Part shown: positions 1 through 10,058 of the stretch, piece by piece
How the letters are laid out: each line of letters opens with the position of its first letter
Numbering within the stretch: position 1 is the first letter of the stretch
From: Gammaproteobacteria bacterium
GTDB taxonomy: Bacteria; Pseudomonadota; Gammaproteobacteria; JAKEHO01
DNA length: 64,000 nucleotides
Reading direction: 5' to 3'
NCBI GenBank assembly: GCA_022614965.1
Contig: JAKEHO010000082.1
Coordinates: 12,069-76,068, forward strand
The notes under the pieces: model-generated
What the model saw: the letters and a program-made list of their open reading frames with translations, nothing else
What the model was told of the DNA's origin: nothing
Databases searched by the model: none
Program-made: the position numbers and the translations under genes

Positions 1-36
1 GTTAAACCATTTAACGGTACCTTGTGACGTACTCAT
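1..36 (-). CDS. cold-shock protein (CspA family), 5' end only; continues beyond window start
   Basis: Reverse strand from nt 36 reads ATG AGT ACG TCA CAA GGT ACC GTT AAA TGG TTT AAC = MSTSQGTVKWFN, the canonical CspA-family N-terminus. Truncated by the window edge. Confidence 0.6.
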   Translation of the reverse strand, partial: MSTSQGTVKWFN

Positions 37-629
37 GTTGGGTGCCTCAATGTGGGAACTTTCAAAAATACTTCCTTGGTGTGTTTTCTGATCATAAGCT
101 AGCTAACTGGCGCACGATGTGAAGTAAATAACATCTCTGCCTGATTGGAATTGCAACCATCTTGAAGATCAGGTCTACCGAATCTGTTCCGGTATTCCTG
201 ATGCCTCCTCTCCGGACTCCATCGAAATAAAGCCTATCACAGTTTCGCGACCATGTCTTGACACGGGGGCGTCGAAAGAATCGGTTGAAGAGTGCGGCTC
301 ATCAAGGTCTTAGATTGCATTTTTGTGCTACGAGTTGAGAGGGACTATCCCTCCCTGGAGGAAAAGGCCGTTGCCGATGCTAAGATGTATGGGCCCCATC
401 AAAGGCGTCTAGACCCCGTCTACATCATCGAGGGATCTAAGGGATTTGCATTGTGGAAGACGCACAACTTTGGATCACACCGTTAATCCTGCTACCGGGC
501 GGTGTGTTATTGACTGTGTCAACGTCCGCACGCTCGGTGGAACTCCATAGCAAGGTCCATCCTATCCTCAAGATCCAATCTGAGCCGACATGCTGTTCCC
601 TGCAAAACCTGCTAAAGCGGTCAAAATTA

Positions 630-680
630 CGACGCGATGCGCTGGTCAGACTGCAGCTTCGCGTCGCGGTGTTTTCATTT
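630..680 (+). terminator. candidate intrinsic terminator inside the csp-aceE spacer
   Basis: CGACGCGA (630-637) pairs with TCGCGTCG (659-666), with inner GCTG/CAGC pairing, followed by GTTTTCATTT (671-680). No convincing CDS lies upstream. Confidence 0.35.
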
Positions 681-1021
681 GCCAGTGTATTGAGCTGTCT
701 TGCTAATCTGTGGCATAGGCGCTCCTTTGGATTGCGGTATCGCCCGCATGCATTGGAACAGTGAGCCTGGTATTCGCATCCTTCCGATTGATTCGCGGTT
801 CCTTGCTGTCGATGGAAATCATCAAGGACCATGTCACGGAGCTTGAAGCCCGCAAGCTTTGAGACGTCAAAAGATCCCGGAAGGGCATTCGCCTGCCTTG
901 GCGCGTCCATAGGTGATGCAAAGTTTTGGCGGTATGATCAAATGAAAGGCCGAAGCGATCCCACCGGTAGGTCCCACGGGGCGTGAAGCACAAATGGCCC
1001 GCAGCTCAGATTGATTAAACA

Positions 1022-3676
1022 ATGATCGAAACGAAAGACCTCGACCCGCAAGAAACGCAGGAGTGGATTGAATCACTGGAGGCGATATTGGATGTCGAGG
1101 GGTTAGAGCGCGCGCATTTCCTCCTCGAGAAGCTCATTGACAAGGCGCGACGTTCCGGCGCTTATCTGCCCTACTCGGCCAATACGGCGTACCTTAATAC
1201 AATCCCCTCCTCAAGGGAGGAGCCATCACCAGGCGATGCGGCGCTGGAATGGCGTATCCGTTCGCTGATCCGATGGAACGCCATGGCGATGGTGGTCAAG
1301 GCCAATCAGAAGAACAAGGAATTCGGCGGGCACATCGCGAGCTTTGCCTCTGTTGCCACTTTATATGACGTCGGCTTCAACCACTTCTTCCACGCACCGA
1401 GCGAAAATCACGGCGGGGATCTGGTGTTTTTCCAGGGCCATTCGGCACCCGGTATTTACGCCCGGGCGTATCTCGAGCGCCGTATCAACAGAGAGCAGCT
1501 TCATGCTTTCCGTCAGGAGGTGCTTGGGCAAGGTTTGTCGTCTTATCCACATCCGTGGCTCATGCCGGATTTCTGGCAATTCCCTACCGTCTCCATGGGT
1601 CTCGGTCCCATCATGGCCATCTACCAGGCCCGCTTCATGCGCTACCTCCAGGACAGGGGCATCCTGAATACGGAAGGCCGCAAGGTGTGGGCCTTTGTGG
1701 GTGACGGCGAGATGGACGAGCCCGAGTCGCTTGCCGCGATCGGGCTTGCCGCACGTGAGAAGCTCGATAACCTCATCTTCGTGGTCAACTGCAACCTGCA
1801 GCGACTCGATGGGCCGGTGCGCGGTAACAGCAAGATCATCCAGGAGCTTGAAGCCCATTTCCGAGGCGCTGGCTGGAATGTCATTAAAGTGATTTGGGGT
1901 TCCTACTGGGATCCCTTATTCGCCCGCGACACCAAGGGTTTGCTATTAAAGCGCATGGAGGAAGTTGTCGATGGCGAATACCAGGCCTACAAGGCCAAAG
2001 ACGGCGCCTATGTCCGCGAGCATTTCTTCGGCAAATATCCCGAGCTCAAAGCGATGGTCGCCAATATGACAGATGAAGACGTCTGGCGGCTGAACCGGGG
2101 GGGACACGATCCCCACAAGGTCTATGCAGCATACGCCGCGGCGGTACGGCACACGGGCCAGCCAACCGTCATCCTGGCGAAAACCGTCAAAGGCTACGGC
2201 ATGGGTGAAGCTGGCGAAGGCCAGAACATTACACATCAGCAGAAGAAGATAGGGGTGGAAGCCCTCAAGGCATTTCGCGATCGATTCAATATCCCCATCT
2301 CCGACGACGAGCTATCCGATTTCCCGTTTTACAGACCCCCAGAGGACAGCCCGGAGACCCAATATCTGCAAGCGCGACGCAAGGCGCTCGGCGGATACCT
2401 GCCAGTAAGACGCACCAGTGCACCGCCACTTGAGATACCCAACATACACATCTTCGACACCCTGTTGAAAGGGACAGAGGGTCGGGAGATTTCGACAACC
2501 ATGGCGTTCGTGCGCCTTGTGAGTGCCCTGGTAAAAGACAAGAAGATTGGCAAATTCGTCGTGCCCATTGTTGCCGACGAGGCACGCACTTTTGGCATGG
2601 AAGGCATGTTTCGCCAACTCGGCATCTATTCTTCCGTCGGCCAGTTGTACGAACCGGTGGATAGCGATCAGGTCATGTACTACCGCGAGGACAAGCAAGG
2701 CCAGATCCTGGAAGAAGGCATCAACGAGGCAGGGTCCATGTCCTCATGGATGGCCGCGGGCACGAGCTACAGCAACCACGGCATCTACATGATCCCCTTC
2801 TACATTTTCTACTCGATGTTCGGTTTTCAGCGTGTCGGCGATCTGGCGTGGGCCGCGGGCGATATGCAAGCGAAAGGTTTTCTCCTCGGTGGAACCTCGG
2901 GCCGCACGACATTGGCCGGGGAGGGACTGCAACATCAGGATGGGCACAGCCACCTGCACGCCTCCACCATTCCGAACTGCATCGCCTATGACCCAACATA
3001 CGCTTATGAACTCGCCGTCATCATCCACGACGGCTTGAAGCGCATGTATGAGTTACAGCAGAACATCTTTTACTACATCACCGTGATGAATGAGAACTAC
3101 CCCCACCCGCCGCTGCCCAAAGGCGCGGAGGTAGGCATCCTGAAGGGAATGTACCTGCTTAAAGATGGCGGGCGCAAAAAGTTGAAGGTGCAGTTACTTG
3201 GCTCCGGCACCATCCTCCGCGAGGTCATTGCCGCTGCAGGACTTCTAGAAAAAGACTTTGGTGTGGACGCGGACATCTGGAGCGTAACGAGTTTTACTGA
3301 GCTTCGTCGCGAGGGGCTCGCTGTGCAACGGTGGAACCTATTGCATCCGATGAAAAGACCTAGAGTGAGCTATTTGACATCTTGCCTCAAAGGCAGACAA
3401 GGACCCGTGATAGCGGCCACTGACTACATGAAGATCTATGCCGATCAGATCCGCGAATTTGTGCCAGCGCGCTACCAGGTGCTGGGGACAGACGGCTTTG
3501 GGCGAAGCGATGGGCGGAACAAGCTACGTGAGTTCTTCGAGGTCAACCGATCCTACGTCGCCGTCGCAGCGCTCAAGGCGCTCGCGGACGACGGCCATAT
3601 CGATGTATCCAAGGTCACACAAGCGATTAAGAAATACCAGATCGACCCCGATAAGCCCGATCCGGCGACAAGTTGA
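1022..3676 (+). CDS. aceE: pyruvate dehydrogenase E1 component (homodimeric type)
   Basis: 884-aa ORF with ThDP-binding GDGEMDEPES and the GGHIASFASVATLYDVGFNHFF region typical of AceE. Followed by E2 and E3 genes. Confidence 0.95.
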   Translation: MIETKDLDPQETQEWIESLEAILDVEGLERAHFLLEKLIDKARRSGAYLPYSANTAYLNTIPSSREEPSPGDAALEWRIRSLIRWNAMAMVVKANQKNKEFGGHIASFASVATLYDVGFNHFFHAPSENHGGDLVFFQGHSAPGIYARAYLERRINREQLHAFRQEVLGQGLSSYPHPWLMPDFWQFPTVSMGLGPIMAIYQARFMRYLQDRGILNTEGRKVWAFVGDGEMDEPESLAAIGLAAREKLDNLIFVVNCNLQRLDGPVRGNSKIIQELEAHFRGAGWNVIKVIWGSYWDPLFARDTKGLLLKRMEEVVDGEYQAYKAKDGAYVREHFFGKYPELKAMVANMTDEDVWRLNRGGHDPHKVYAAYAAAVRHTGQPTVILAKTVKGYGMGEAGEGQNITHQQKKIGVEALKAFRDRFNIPISDDELSDFPFYRPPEDSPETQYLQARRKALGGYLPVRRTSAPPLEIPNIHIFDTLLKGTEGREISTTMAFVRLVSALVKDKKIGKFVVPIVADEARTFGMEGMFRQLGIYSSVGQLYEPVDSDQVMYYREDKQGQILEEGINEAGSMSSWMAAGTSYSNHGIYMIPFYIFYSMFGFQRVGDLAWAAGDMQAKGFLLGGTSGRTTLAGEGLQHQDGHSHLHASTIPNCIAYDPTYAYELAVIIHDGLKRMYELQQNIFYYITVMNENYPHPPLPKGAEVGILKGMYLLKDGGRKKLKVQLLGSGTILREVIAAAGLLEKDFGVDADIWSVTSFTELRREGLAVQRWNLLHPMKRPRVSYLTSCLKGRQGPVIAATDYMKIYADQIREFVPARYQVLGTDGFGRSDGRNKLREFFEVNRSYVAVAALKALADDGHIDVSKVTQAIKKYQIDPDKPDPATS

Positions 3677-3787
3677 TTGATGTCAGACGCCGGCGTCTCT
3701 CGTGGGATCCACTCAACAAAGATGCATGGCGGGAATACGCCCTGCAAACATGAGCTGAACCAAGTCCTTGCCGATTGAGGGCAATCC

Positions 3788-5086
3788 GTGGCAGAAGAAA
3801 AAGAGGTTATTGTTCCCGTGCCCGACATCGGCGACTTTGCAGAGGTCGATGTCATTGAAGTCCTGGTTAAGCCGGGCGATCGGGTCAATGTTGAGGATCC
3901 CTTGATCACGCTTGAAAGCGACAAAGCGACGCTGGAGATCCCCTCGCCTAGGGCCGGCATCGTGAAGGCGCTTAAGGTCAAGGTGGGCGATAAGGTCTCC
4001 AAAAATGACCCGATCCTGGTCATGGAAGCAGCAGAACCCGCACCTTCGCCCCACCCCAAAGCCCTCGAAGACAAGGCGCAGCCAGAGCCCACTGAGGCGG
4101 AACGACCGCTGCCGCAGCCACCGCCCCGCACCGCGCCGCCCGTCGTGCCGATTAGTGCCATCACGGTCCGGGGCAGCGCCTCCGCCCGAGCCCACGCCAG
4201 CCCCTCCATCCGCCACCTCGCGCGTGAACTCGGTGTCGATCTCGGCCTCGTGACCGGCACGGGGTCCAAGGGCCGCATCCAGAAGCAAGATGTGGAGCGC
4301 TTCGTCAAGGGAACGCTGGCAGGGGCGGGCGGGATCCCCGTCGGGGGTGCACCGTTGCCTGCGGCGCCCCCGGTTGACTACTCGAAGTTTGGCGAAGTTG
4401 AAACCAAGCAGCTGACCAAAATCAGAAGACTCACCGGTCAGCATGTGCAGCGCAGCTGGCTTACGGTCCCTCAAGTCACACAGTTTGATGAGGCGGATAT
4501 CACCGAGCTCGAGGAGTTTCGAAAGTCCCGGTCGGATGCGGCGGCAAAGAAGAACGTCAAACTCACCCTGTTGAGTTTTTTTCTCAAGGCGGCTGTGGTC
4601 ACACTGGAGAAGTTCCCCGAGTTTAACAGCTCACTTGCGCCCAGCGGAGACGAACTCATTATTAAAAAGTACTTTCATGTCGGGATCGCTGTCGATACAC
4701 CCGATGGCCTCGTAGTCCCCGTCATTAGAGACGTCAATCAAAAGGGGCTCTTTGAGCTTGCGGAAGAGCTGCAAGAAGTGAGCGCCAAGGCGCGGGCAAA
4801 AAAACTGACTCCAGCTGATTTGCAGGGGGGGTCCTTTACCATATCGAGTCTCGGTGGAATAGGGGGTAGTGCATTCACGCCGATTGTTAACGCGCCTGAG
4901 GTGGCCATTCTCGGTATCTCGCGCTCGAGCACAAAACCTGTCTTTCAGGACGGGGAATTCGTGCCGCGCATCATGCTGCCTTTTTCGCTCACCTATGATC
5001 ACAGGGTTATCGACGGCGCCGCCGCCGCGCGCTTTACACAGTTTTTAAGAACCGTCCTATCGGACATACGACAATTATTGTTGTAA
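3788..5086 (+). CDS. aceF: dihydrolipoamide acetyltransferase (PDH E2), single lipoyl domain
   Basis: GTG start with GAGGG 8 nt upstream. Lipoyl motif ESDKATLEIPSP, Ala/Pro linker, E3-binding domain ASPSIRHLARELGVDL, catalytic DHRVIDGA. Confidence 0.93.
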   Translation: MAEEKEVIVPVPDIGDFAEVDVIEVLVKPGDRVNVEDPLITLESDKATLEIPSPRAGIVKALKVKVGDKVSKNDPILVMEAAEPAPSPHPKALEDKAQPEPTEAERPLPQPPPRTAPPVVPISAITVRGSASARAHASPSIRHLARELGVDLGLVTGTGSKGRIQKQDVERFVKGTLAGAGGIPVGGAPLPAAPPVDYSKFGEVETKQLTKIRRLTGQHVQRSWLTVPQVTQFDEADITELEEFRKSRSDAAAKKNVKLTLLSFFLKAAVVTLEKFPEFNSSLAPSGDELIIKKYFHVGIAVDTPDGLVVPVIRDVNQKGLFELAEELQEVSAKARAKKLTPADLQGGSFTISSLGGIGGSAFTPIVNAPEVAILGISRSSTKPVFQDGEFVPRIMLPFSLTYDHRVIDGAAAARFTQFLRTVLSDIRQLLL

Positions 5087-5169
5087 TAGGGGGAATCTAC
5101 GTCGCTGAACGGGCAAGGCGCCTAAAACGAATCAGACGCTACATCTTCATTATCAATTGAGAAAACACT

Positions 5170-6912
5170 ATGGCCAAGATCGTTGATGTGTATATACCGA
5201 ACATCGGTGAATTCGAGAACGTGGACGTGATCGAGGTGTTCGTAAAACCAGGCAGTCAGGTCAAAAAGGAGGACTCCCTCATCACGCTTGAGAGCGACAA
5301 GGCAACTATGGAGATCCCCTCGCCCTACGACGGCAAGGTGAAAGAGCTCAAGGTCGCTGTGGGCAATAAGGTATCGACCGACTCATTGATCCTGACCATG
5401 GAGGTCGCCGAAGGCCAGAGGGCAGCGAAGGTCAAGAAGGCGCCCATTGATAAACCGGCGGCCGGTGCCGCAGCGAGGCGCACTGTACCTACTCGAGAGG
5501 TCCGTTGCGATGTGGCCGTGCTGGGGTCGGGACCCGGCGGATATACCGCGGCATTCCGTGCAGCCGATCTCGGTAAAAAGACCGTCCTGATTGAACGCTA
5601 TCCGAGCCTCGGGGGCGTATGCCTGAACGTGGGCTGCATCCCCTCCAAGGCGCTGCTGCATGTGGCAGGCGTGATCGTCGAGGCAGCCGAGATGGAGAAC
5701 CAAGGGGTTAGCTTCGGCAGGCCCCGCATTGATCACAAGAAGCTTCGGGCATGGACTTCGAGCGTGGTCAGCCAGTTAACGGGTGGGCTGAATGCGCTTG
5801 CTGCCCGGCGTCAGGTCGAGGTGATCCAAGGGACGGGCCAATTCCAATCCAGCCAGCGCATTGACGTCGCGACGTCAGAGGGTCCTGTGGCCGTGCTGTT
5901 CGATCACGCCATCATCGCCGCGGGCTCGCAGGCCGGCAAGATCCCAGGGCTACCATCTGATGATGCGCGTATCATGGATTCGACAACGGCATTGGAACTC
6001 AAAGAGATACCCAAGAGGCTACTCGTGATTGGCGGCGGCATTATCGGCCTTGAGATGGCAGCCGTTTATCACGCTTTGGGCTCGCGAATCACTCTTGTCG
6101 AGATGCTGGATCGGCTGATCGCAGACTGTGATCCAGATATGGTGAAGCCGCTGCAATCAAGGATCAGCAAGCGCTACGAGGCGATTTTCCTGAAGACTCA
6201 GGTCAGCAAGGTTGAATCGCGCAAAGATGGCCTGGTCGTGCATTTCCAGGGCGAGGGTACGCCTGCATCAGAACGCTTTGATAGCATCCTTGTCGCCGTG
6301 GGCAGGCGTCCCAATGGTCATGCCATCGGCGCCGAACATGCGGATGTCCATATCGATCAGTCAGGATTTATTCCGGTCGACGGAGCGCAGCGGACCAACA
6401 TCCCGAATATCTTTGCCGTCGGCGACATTGCGGATCCACCGCTCTTGGCACACAAGGCCTCTCACCAAGGCAAAGTAGCCGCGGAGGTGATCGCGGGCAG
6501 GCGAAGCTCCTTTGAGGAGCGGATCGTGCCAGCCGTCGCCTATACCGATCCCGAGATCGCCTGGACCGGCCTGACCGAATTGGGCGCCAAAAAGCAGGGA
6601 ATTAACTTCGGCAAGGGCGTCTTTCCCTGGGCGGCGAGCGGCCGTGCACTGGCACTGGGAGGCCAGGATGGACTGACGAAGTTATTATTCGATAATGAGT
6701 CGGGTCGAATCATCGGCATGGCCGCGGTGGGGCCCAACGCCGGTGATCTTATCGCCGAGGGAACGCTCGCACTCGAGATGGGCTGCAATGCAGAAGACAT
6801 TGGCCTTACCATCCACCCACATCCGACGTTATCTGAAACCATCGCCATGGCGGCGGAGGCCTTCTCAGGGACGGTCACCGATCTCTACATCCCGAAACGG
6901 GCGAGAAACTGA
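5170..6912 (+). CDS. lpdA: dihydrolipoyl dehydrogenase (E3) with N-terminal lipoyl domain
   Basis: N-terminal ESDKATMEIPSP lipoyl domain fused to a flavoprotein disulfide reductase: GSGPGGY, redox-active GGVCLNVGCIPSK, C-terminal HPHPTLSE. Confidence 0.93.
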   Translation: MAKIVDVYIPNIGEFENVDVIEVFVKPGSQVKKEDSLITLESDKATMEIPSPYDGKVKELKVAVGNKVSTDSLILTMEVAEGQRAAKVKKAPIDKPAAGAAARRTVPTREVRCDVAVLGSGPGGYTAAFRAADLGKKTVLIERYPSLGGVCLNVGCIPSKALLHVAGVIVEAAEMENQGVSFGRPRIDHKKLRAWTSSVVSQLTGGLNALAARRQVEVIQGTGQFQSSQRIDVATSEGPVAVLFDHAIIAAGSQAGKIPGLPSDDARIMDSTTALELKEIPKRLLVIGGGIIGLEMAAVYHALGSRITLVEMLDRLIADCDPDMVKPLQSRISKRYEAIFLKTQVSKVESRKDGLVVHFQGEGTPASERFDSILVAVGRRPNGHAIGAEHADVHIDQSGFIPVDGAQRTNIPNIFAVGDIADPPLLAHKASHQGKVAAEVIAGRRSSFEERIVPAVAYTDPEIAWTGLTELGAKKQGINFGKGVFPWAASGRALALGGQDGLTKLLFDNESGRIIGMAAVGPNAGDLIAEGTLALEMGCNAEDIGLTIHPHPTLSETIAMAAEAFSGTVTDLYIPKRARN

Positions 6913-6918
6913 ACAACT

Positions 6919-7398
6919 ATGTCACGACCCGCGATGGCTTACCGACCGCTCCAGTCGCAGTTTGCGATCAACATCATAGAAGATGAGCGGAACCGAATAT
7001 TGCTGCTCAAACGCCCGGCGGATGCCGCATTTGGGGCAGGGCTCTGGGGTTTCCCCGCCGGGCATATTGAGGACGGTGAGACGCCGGAGCAATGCTCGAT
7101 GCGGGAGATAGAAGAAGAAATCGGTGATGAACATGAGATCAAGTTGCTAAATTCCCTCGGTCCAATACGAGATGCCTTTTACGGCGGGATCTACGAAATC
7201 TATCTGTTTCATTATCGATGGTTGCAAGGTGAAATCGCACTCAATGATGAGCACACGGCCTTTGCTTGGGTCGATCGCGAATCTTACCGTCAGTATGATG
7301 TGATGGATGGCATCGACGAAGACATCGCCTATTTCGACATCTGGCCAACCTCGTTCCTCAATCCAGACAAGTTGCCCCCAGCGGATACCAGCCCATGA
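6919..7398 (+). CDS. NUDIX hydrolase
   Basis: Nudix box GFPAGHIEDGETPEQCSMREIEEEIG. Starts 7 nt after the lpdA stop. Confidence 0.8.
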   Translation: MSRPAMAYRPLQSQFAINIIEDERNRILLLKRPADAAFGAGLWGFPAGHIEDGETPEQCSMREIEEEIGDEHEIKLLNSLGPIRDAFYGGIYEIYLFHYRWLQGEIALNDEHTAFAWVDRESYRQYDVMDGIDEDIAYFDIWPTSFLNPDKLPPADTSP

Positions 7399-7487
7399 TG
7401 GAAGACTGGACTCTGATGGCACGTAAAGGCAAAATTGCGCGCTTTCCAAAGTTCCTGGAATAACTACCGCTGTGCGATAGATTCGAT

Positions 7488-8708
7488 ATGAAGAGTGAAG
7501 GCATCAAAAAGGTCGTGCTGGCGTATTCCGGTGGGCTCGACACCTCGATCATTCTGAAGTGGCTTGAGGAGAACTATCAATGCGAGGTCATTACCTTCAC
7601 CGCCGATATCGGCCAGGGTGAAGAAGTTGCTGTGGCCGCCGAGAAAGCCAAGGCGCTCGGCGTAAAACAGGTCTTTGTTGAAGCCCTCAAGGACGAGTTC
7701 GCGTGGGAGTATGTATTTCCCATGTTCAGGGCAAATGCCGTCTACGAGGGAGAATATTTGCTTGGCACCTCGATCGCACGCCCCTTGATCGCGAAACACC
7801 TCGTGGAAGTCGCCGCTAAAACAGGCGCCGACGCCATCGCCCATGGCGCCACAGGCAAGGGCAATGATCAGGTGCGCTTCGAACTGGGGGCCTATGCGCT
7901 TGCACCGGACATCCGCGTGATCGCGCCGTGGCGGGAATGGAACCTCAACTCCCGGGAAAAACTGGTGGACTATGCTAAAAGCCACGGCATCCCCGTTGAG
8001 GCTCGGCGCGGGAACGAGTCGCCTTATTCCATGGATGCGAATCTCCTGCACATATCCTACGAGGGCGGTCCGCTGGAAGATCCGTGGGTCCCGCCTTCCG
8101 AGGACATGTGGCGCCGGACCGTCTCACCGGAGAAAGCGCCGGACAAGCCCAGATACATCGACCTTACCTTCAGCCAAGGTGATGCGATTGCTGTTGGCGA
8201 TGACATCATGACACCCTCCGAGATCCTTGAATCCCTGAATCGCATCGGAGGGGAAAATGGTATCGGACGCCTTGACATCGTTGAGAACCGGTATGTGGGC
8301 ATGAAGTCCCGGGGTTGCTACGAAACACCCGGTGGCACCATCCTGTTCAAGGCCCACCGGGCGATCGAGTCCATTACCCTTGATCGCGAAATCGCGCATA
8401 TGAAGGACGAGTTGATGCCCCGATATGCTGGCCTTATCTACAATGGCTACTGGTTCAGCCCCGAGCGCAAAATGCTTCAAGAAATGATCGACAGCTCCCA
8501 GGCAAACGTGAACGGTACCGTGCGGTTGAAACTGTACAAAGGCTGCGTGGCCGTCGTCGGCCGGAAATCAGAGAGCGATAGCCTGTTCAACGCAGCGCTC
8601 GCGACGTTTGAGGATGATGCCGGCGCTTACGATCAAAAGGATGCCGAGGGATTTATCAAACTGAACGCGCTGCGTCTCAGGATTGCAAGCCGCATGCGAC
8701 GGCGCTAA
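7488..8708 (+). CDS. argG: argininosuccinate synthase
   Basis: [12 protein letters not shown]-binding motif and [13 protein letters not shown]; 406 aa. Confidence 0.95.
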   Translation: MKSEGIKKVVLAYSGGLDTSIILKWLEENYQCEVITFTADIGQGEEVAVAAEKAKALGVKQVFVEALKDEFAWEYVFPMFRANAVYEGEYLLGTSIARPLIAKHLVEVAAKTGADAIAHGATGKGNDQVRFELGAYALAPDIRVIAPWREWNLNSREKLVDYAKSHGIPVEARRGNESPYSMDANLLHISYEGGPLEDPWVPPSEDMWRRTVSPEKAPDKPRYIDLTFSQGDAIAVGDDIMTPSEILESLNRIGGENGIGRLDIVENRYVGMKSRGCYETPGGTILFKAHRAIESITLDREIAHMKDELMPRYAGLIYNGYWFSPERKMLQEMIDSSQANVNGTVRLKLYKGCVAVVGRKSESDSLFNAALATFEDDAGAYDQKDAEGFIKLNALRLRIASRMRRR

Positions 8709-8783
8709 GCAAGGCCGCCGTCCATCGAGTGTCGCTGCGTGCCGTTCGTCAGGTCCGCGCAGCAGATTCCAGATAGTGCACGG

Positions 8784-9992
8784 CTAAAATAAGAGCTTGC
8801 GGATCACCCACCTCATCGTCGTGGTCTGTACAAACAAGGTAAACAGCACGACGCCGTAGGCAATCGACTGGATGGTAAACCAGAAATCAAGCTCGAGCGG
8901 CAAGGACAGGGCCAATGCCAAGGTGACCGCGCCGCGCACACCGCCCCAGGTCAGAACGACCTGATGGCTCATTGGGATCGCCTTCACCCCGGGGAGTCGG
9001 CTCATGGGACCCAAGAAACCAAAGACCAAGGCCGCCCGTGCAATCAGCACAGCGCAAATGCCGATTAACATCGCCAACCACTGGCTTTGAAACATGACCA
9101 CCGTGATGGTCACCCCTGCGAGCAAAAAGATCAGCGCATTGGCAACGTAGCCGGCGAATTCCCACAGATCTTCCACAAAGCGGCTTTCCCTCGATTCGCC
9201 ACTGCGCCGCGCGAGCTCACCCAGGACAAGCCCGGCGGCAAGAACTGCCATGACACCGGAAATCTGCAGCACATCCGCAATAAGATAGGCGAAATACGCA
9301 CACAGCACGGTCATTAGGCCCGCAATCACCGGCTGTCGAAACGCACCCATCAACGCGTAGGTCAGCGAACCGATAAGCGCACCGACGGCCAACCCGCCGA
9401 AAAAGATCAACAGGAACTCGCCGAGTGCCTTGTCCCAAGCCTTTGCTTCCCCAAACCCGAGGGCAAGCGTAACTAACAGACTAAACAAGACGATCGCCGT
9501 GGCATCATTGAACAAGCTCTCGCCTTCAAGAAGGATGTTGATCCGTTCGGTCGCTTTGATCTTCTTCAACAGTGACAGCACTGAGGCAGGGTCTGTCGCG
9601 GACAACAAGGCCCCTGTCAACAGTGCCGCAACCCATGGGAACCCTGACGGATGCGCGATTCCATAATAAACAATGACCGCTGTGATAGCGGCACCGAGTG
9701 CCATCAATGGCAACGACAACATTAGGATAATAAACAGATCCTTTAAAAGTGCCCTGAAATCGAGTCTGAAGGCCGCCTCGAAGATCAATACGGGCAGGAA
9801 GACGTAATAGATCAAGTCACGAAAATTCTCCCATCGCACTCCCGTATCGAAACCCGCACCGATAAGCACCTCTGAGCCGACAAACCCAATGAAGACAAGT
9901 GCCGCACTGAAGGGTATGCGTATTCGCTCTGCTAACGGCTCTACCAGTACCGCAAGGAGCAGCAGCACCATGAAAAATAAAACGGCTTGCAT
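8784..9992 (-). CDS. cation:proton antiporter (CPA1/NhaP-like)
   Basis: 402-aa polytopic membrane ORF with an LLSATDPASVL-type exchanger core motif. Confidence 0.8.
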   Translation of the reverse strand: MQAVLFFMVLLLLAVLVEPLAERIRIPFSAALVFIGFVGSEVLIGAGFDTGVRWENFRDLIYYVFLPVLIFEAAFRLDFRALLKDLFIILMLSLPLMALGAAITAVIVYYGIAHPSGFPWVAALLTGALLSATDPASVLSLLKKIKATERINILLEGESLFNDATAIVLFSLLVTLALGFGEAKAWDKALGEFLLIFFGGLAVGALIGSLTYALMGAFRQPVIAGLMTVLCAYFAYLIADVLQISGVMAVLAAGLVLGELARRSGESRESRFVEDLWEFAGYVANALIFLLAGVTITVVMFQSQWLAMLIGICAVLIARAALVFGFLGPMSRLPGVKAIPMSHQVVLTWGGVRGAVTLALALSLPLELDFWFTIQSIAYGVVLFTLFVQTTTMRWVIRKLLF

Positions 9993-10021
9993 TGATTCGA
10001 CTTTCGCTTCAGATCTAATCG

Positions 10022-10054
10022 AAAAAAATAGCCGGCCTGCAAATGCAGGCCGGC
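10022..10054 (-). terminator. rho-independent terminator after the DoxX gene
   Basis: Perfect GC-rich inverted repeat GCCGGCCTGCA/TGCAGGCCGGC (10031-10054), followed on the minus strand by a T7 run (A-run 10022-10028 on plus). Lies 5 nt after the CDS stop. Confidence 0.8.
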
Positions 10055-10058
10055 ATCC

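Noticed and set aside
357-370. GGAGGAAAAGGCCG resembling the RNase P RNA GAGGAAAGUCCGG core
   Set aside because: The match is inexact and the other conserved RNase P helices and motifs are not found nearby.
292-486. 64-aa plus-strand ORF (GTG start) in the csp-aceE spacer
   Set aside because: It has no SD or motif and is overlapped by other equally weak ORFs. The region is kept only as part of the unexplained-spacer finding.
3685-3698. AGACGCCGGCGTCT palindrome between aceE and aceF as a terminator
   Set aside because: The stem is short, the loop is minimal and there is no T-tract. aceE and aceF are expected to be co-transcribed.
3553-4474. Two long minus-strand ORFs (251 and 253 aa) antisense to aceF
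   Set aside because: They are Arg/Gly/Ser/Ala-rich low-complexity translations with no motifs, fully overlapped by a well-supported E2 gene. These are typical shadow frames in GC-rich coding DNA.
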